From Octopus sinensis (lineage: Eukaryota), in assembly GCF_006345805.1 (NCBI RefSeq), contig NW_021828618.1, forward strand, positions 1-7,956: a DNA stretch of 7,956 bases, written 5' to 3'. Made by a program: the position numbers and the translations under genes. This document shows, piece by piece, positions 7,100-7,956 of the stretch. The notes under the pieces were generated by a model. The model was given only the letters and a program-made list of their open reading frames with translations, had not been told where the DNA came from and made no database searches. Position 1 is the stretch's first letter; each line of letters begins with the position of its first letter.

Positions 7100-7180
7100 C
7101 CCGTATTTCGTTTTATTGATTCTAGGAAAATGAATGGAGAAGTTTTGGCCCCACGATGGGAATCAAACTCTGAACTTACA
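7100..7180 (-). mobile_element. Degraded SINE type C fragment (B-box and downstream)
   Basis: ttttattgattctaggaaaatgaatggagaagtt...gggaatcaaactctgaac resembles the reverse complement of 5928-5990. It may extend further to about 7250. Confidence 0.5.
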
Positions 7181-7404
7181 AGATTCGGGGGCATTAGCAG
7201 GAAAGTTGTTTTTGTACAGCGGTTTTGATGATTTTTACTACGCTGGTAGTGATGATGTTGCTGGTGATGAGAAGGATAATGATGATGTGGAGGGGGATGA
7301 GGAGGATTATACAAATGGACTATTGGGATAAATTGTTGATGCGTGGGAAGTGACCGAAGACGAGGTCATTGGATTATACTTCTTTACGAAAGTGCTACTA
7401 TTAT

Positions 7405-7470
7405 ACTCTCTTCTCTCTGTCTCTCCCGGTCTCTCTGTCTCTGTCTTTCTCTCTCTCTCTCTCCCTCTCC
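7405..7470. repeat. (CT)n/(CTGTCT)n tract
   Basis: Direct inspection. Confidence 0.9.
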
Positions 7471-7551
7471 ATAATATAAACACATACATACGTGAGTACA
7501 CTTGTACGCGGAACATTCCCAGGTACACTGGAGCAAAAATACAGGCAGCAT

Positions 7552-7590
7552 GCATGCTCTGTGCATGCTGCATGCATGCACAGAGCGTGC
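7552..7590. repeat. 17-bp inverted repeat / hairpin with 5-nt loop
   Basis: GCATGCTCTGTGCATGC (7552-7568) pairs with GCATGCACAGAGCGTGC (7574-7590): 16 Watson-Crick pairs plus 1 G-T. Confidence 0.85.
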
Positions 7591-7642
7591 TCCGTGCATG
7601 CAGAAGTACCTGCCCAGTAAGTAGTCTTTCATTAGATAGGAT

Positions 7643-7910
7643 AACAACCACAACAACATCAACAACAACAACTTGCACACGCACACATACACACACACGC
7701 ATACACACACTAACGTCAACAGTAACCTGTTCACGCATGCATATATACAATAAGTGCGTGCACACGATGCATGCGTACGGAAATCCGTGTATACATATGC
7801 ATGCATGTAAGCGTAGGACACATACAGAAACTGACAATAACAGCTATCCAAATGCACACACACACACACACACACACAAAATATACACACACACACACAC
7901 ACACACAAGC
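7643..7910. repeat. (CAA)n and (CA)n/(CATG) low-complexity tracts
   Basis: Direct inspection. These explain the minus-strand ORFs 7307-7837 and 7384-7908. Confidence 0.9.
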
Positions 7911-7956
7911 TATTACAAGGGATATAAATATATATACATGTATGCGTATTTTTCTA

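Noticed and set aside
6654-7331. ORFs 6654-6926, 6994-7314 and 7134-7331
   Set aside because: They overlap degraded SINE C relics and GAT/GGT repeats, with no recognisable protein motif. A weak resemblance of + strand 6890-6940 (PEVIVLGSSAILNYV) to retroelement C-termini was too poor to call.
1-7956. CRISPR array, operon or prokaryotic defence system
   Set aside because: There are no regularly spaced repeat-spacer units and no dense coding. The composition is that of a repeat-rich animal genome.

Overview
This is a eukaryotic, repeat-saturated, essentially non-coding window, probably intronic or intergenic. The SINE sequences match repeats I recall from octopod cephalopods (Octopus spp.); that assignment is from recognition, not a search. 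I find no credible protein-coding gene, RNA gene or CRISPR array. The long ORFs in the supplied track are translations of microsatellites or SINE bodies. The window holds three tRNA-derived SINE types (my labels A, B, C; about 8 copies or fragments plus one orphan tail) and a 5'-truncated CR1/L2-group LINE 3' end (1762-2073, minus). It also has a cluster of three mariner-derived MITE pieces (5150-5602), one keeping an in-frame transposase C-terminus, and many di-, tri- and tetranucleotide tracts. The most informative pattern is a modular retroposon system. A two-hairpin 3' tail (AGG(C/T)GGTGC..CATGGCC..hairpin..GAAAC) occurs five times on different SINE heads or alone, and a structurally equivalent tail ends the LINE fragment. 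Also notable are an inverted pair of near-full-length SINE A copies (a potential ADAR substrate) and a +/-/+ fold-back hairpin at 7552-7601.
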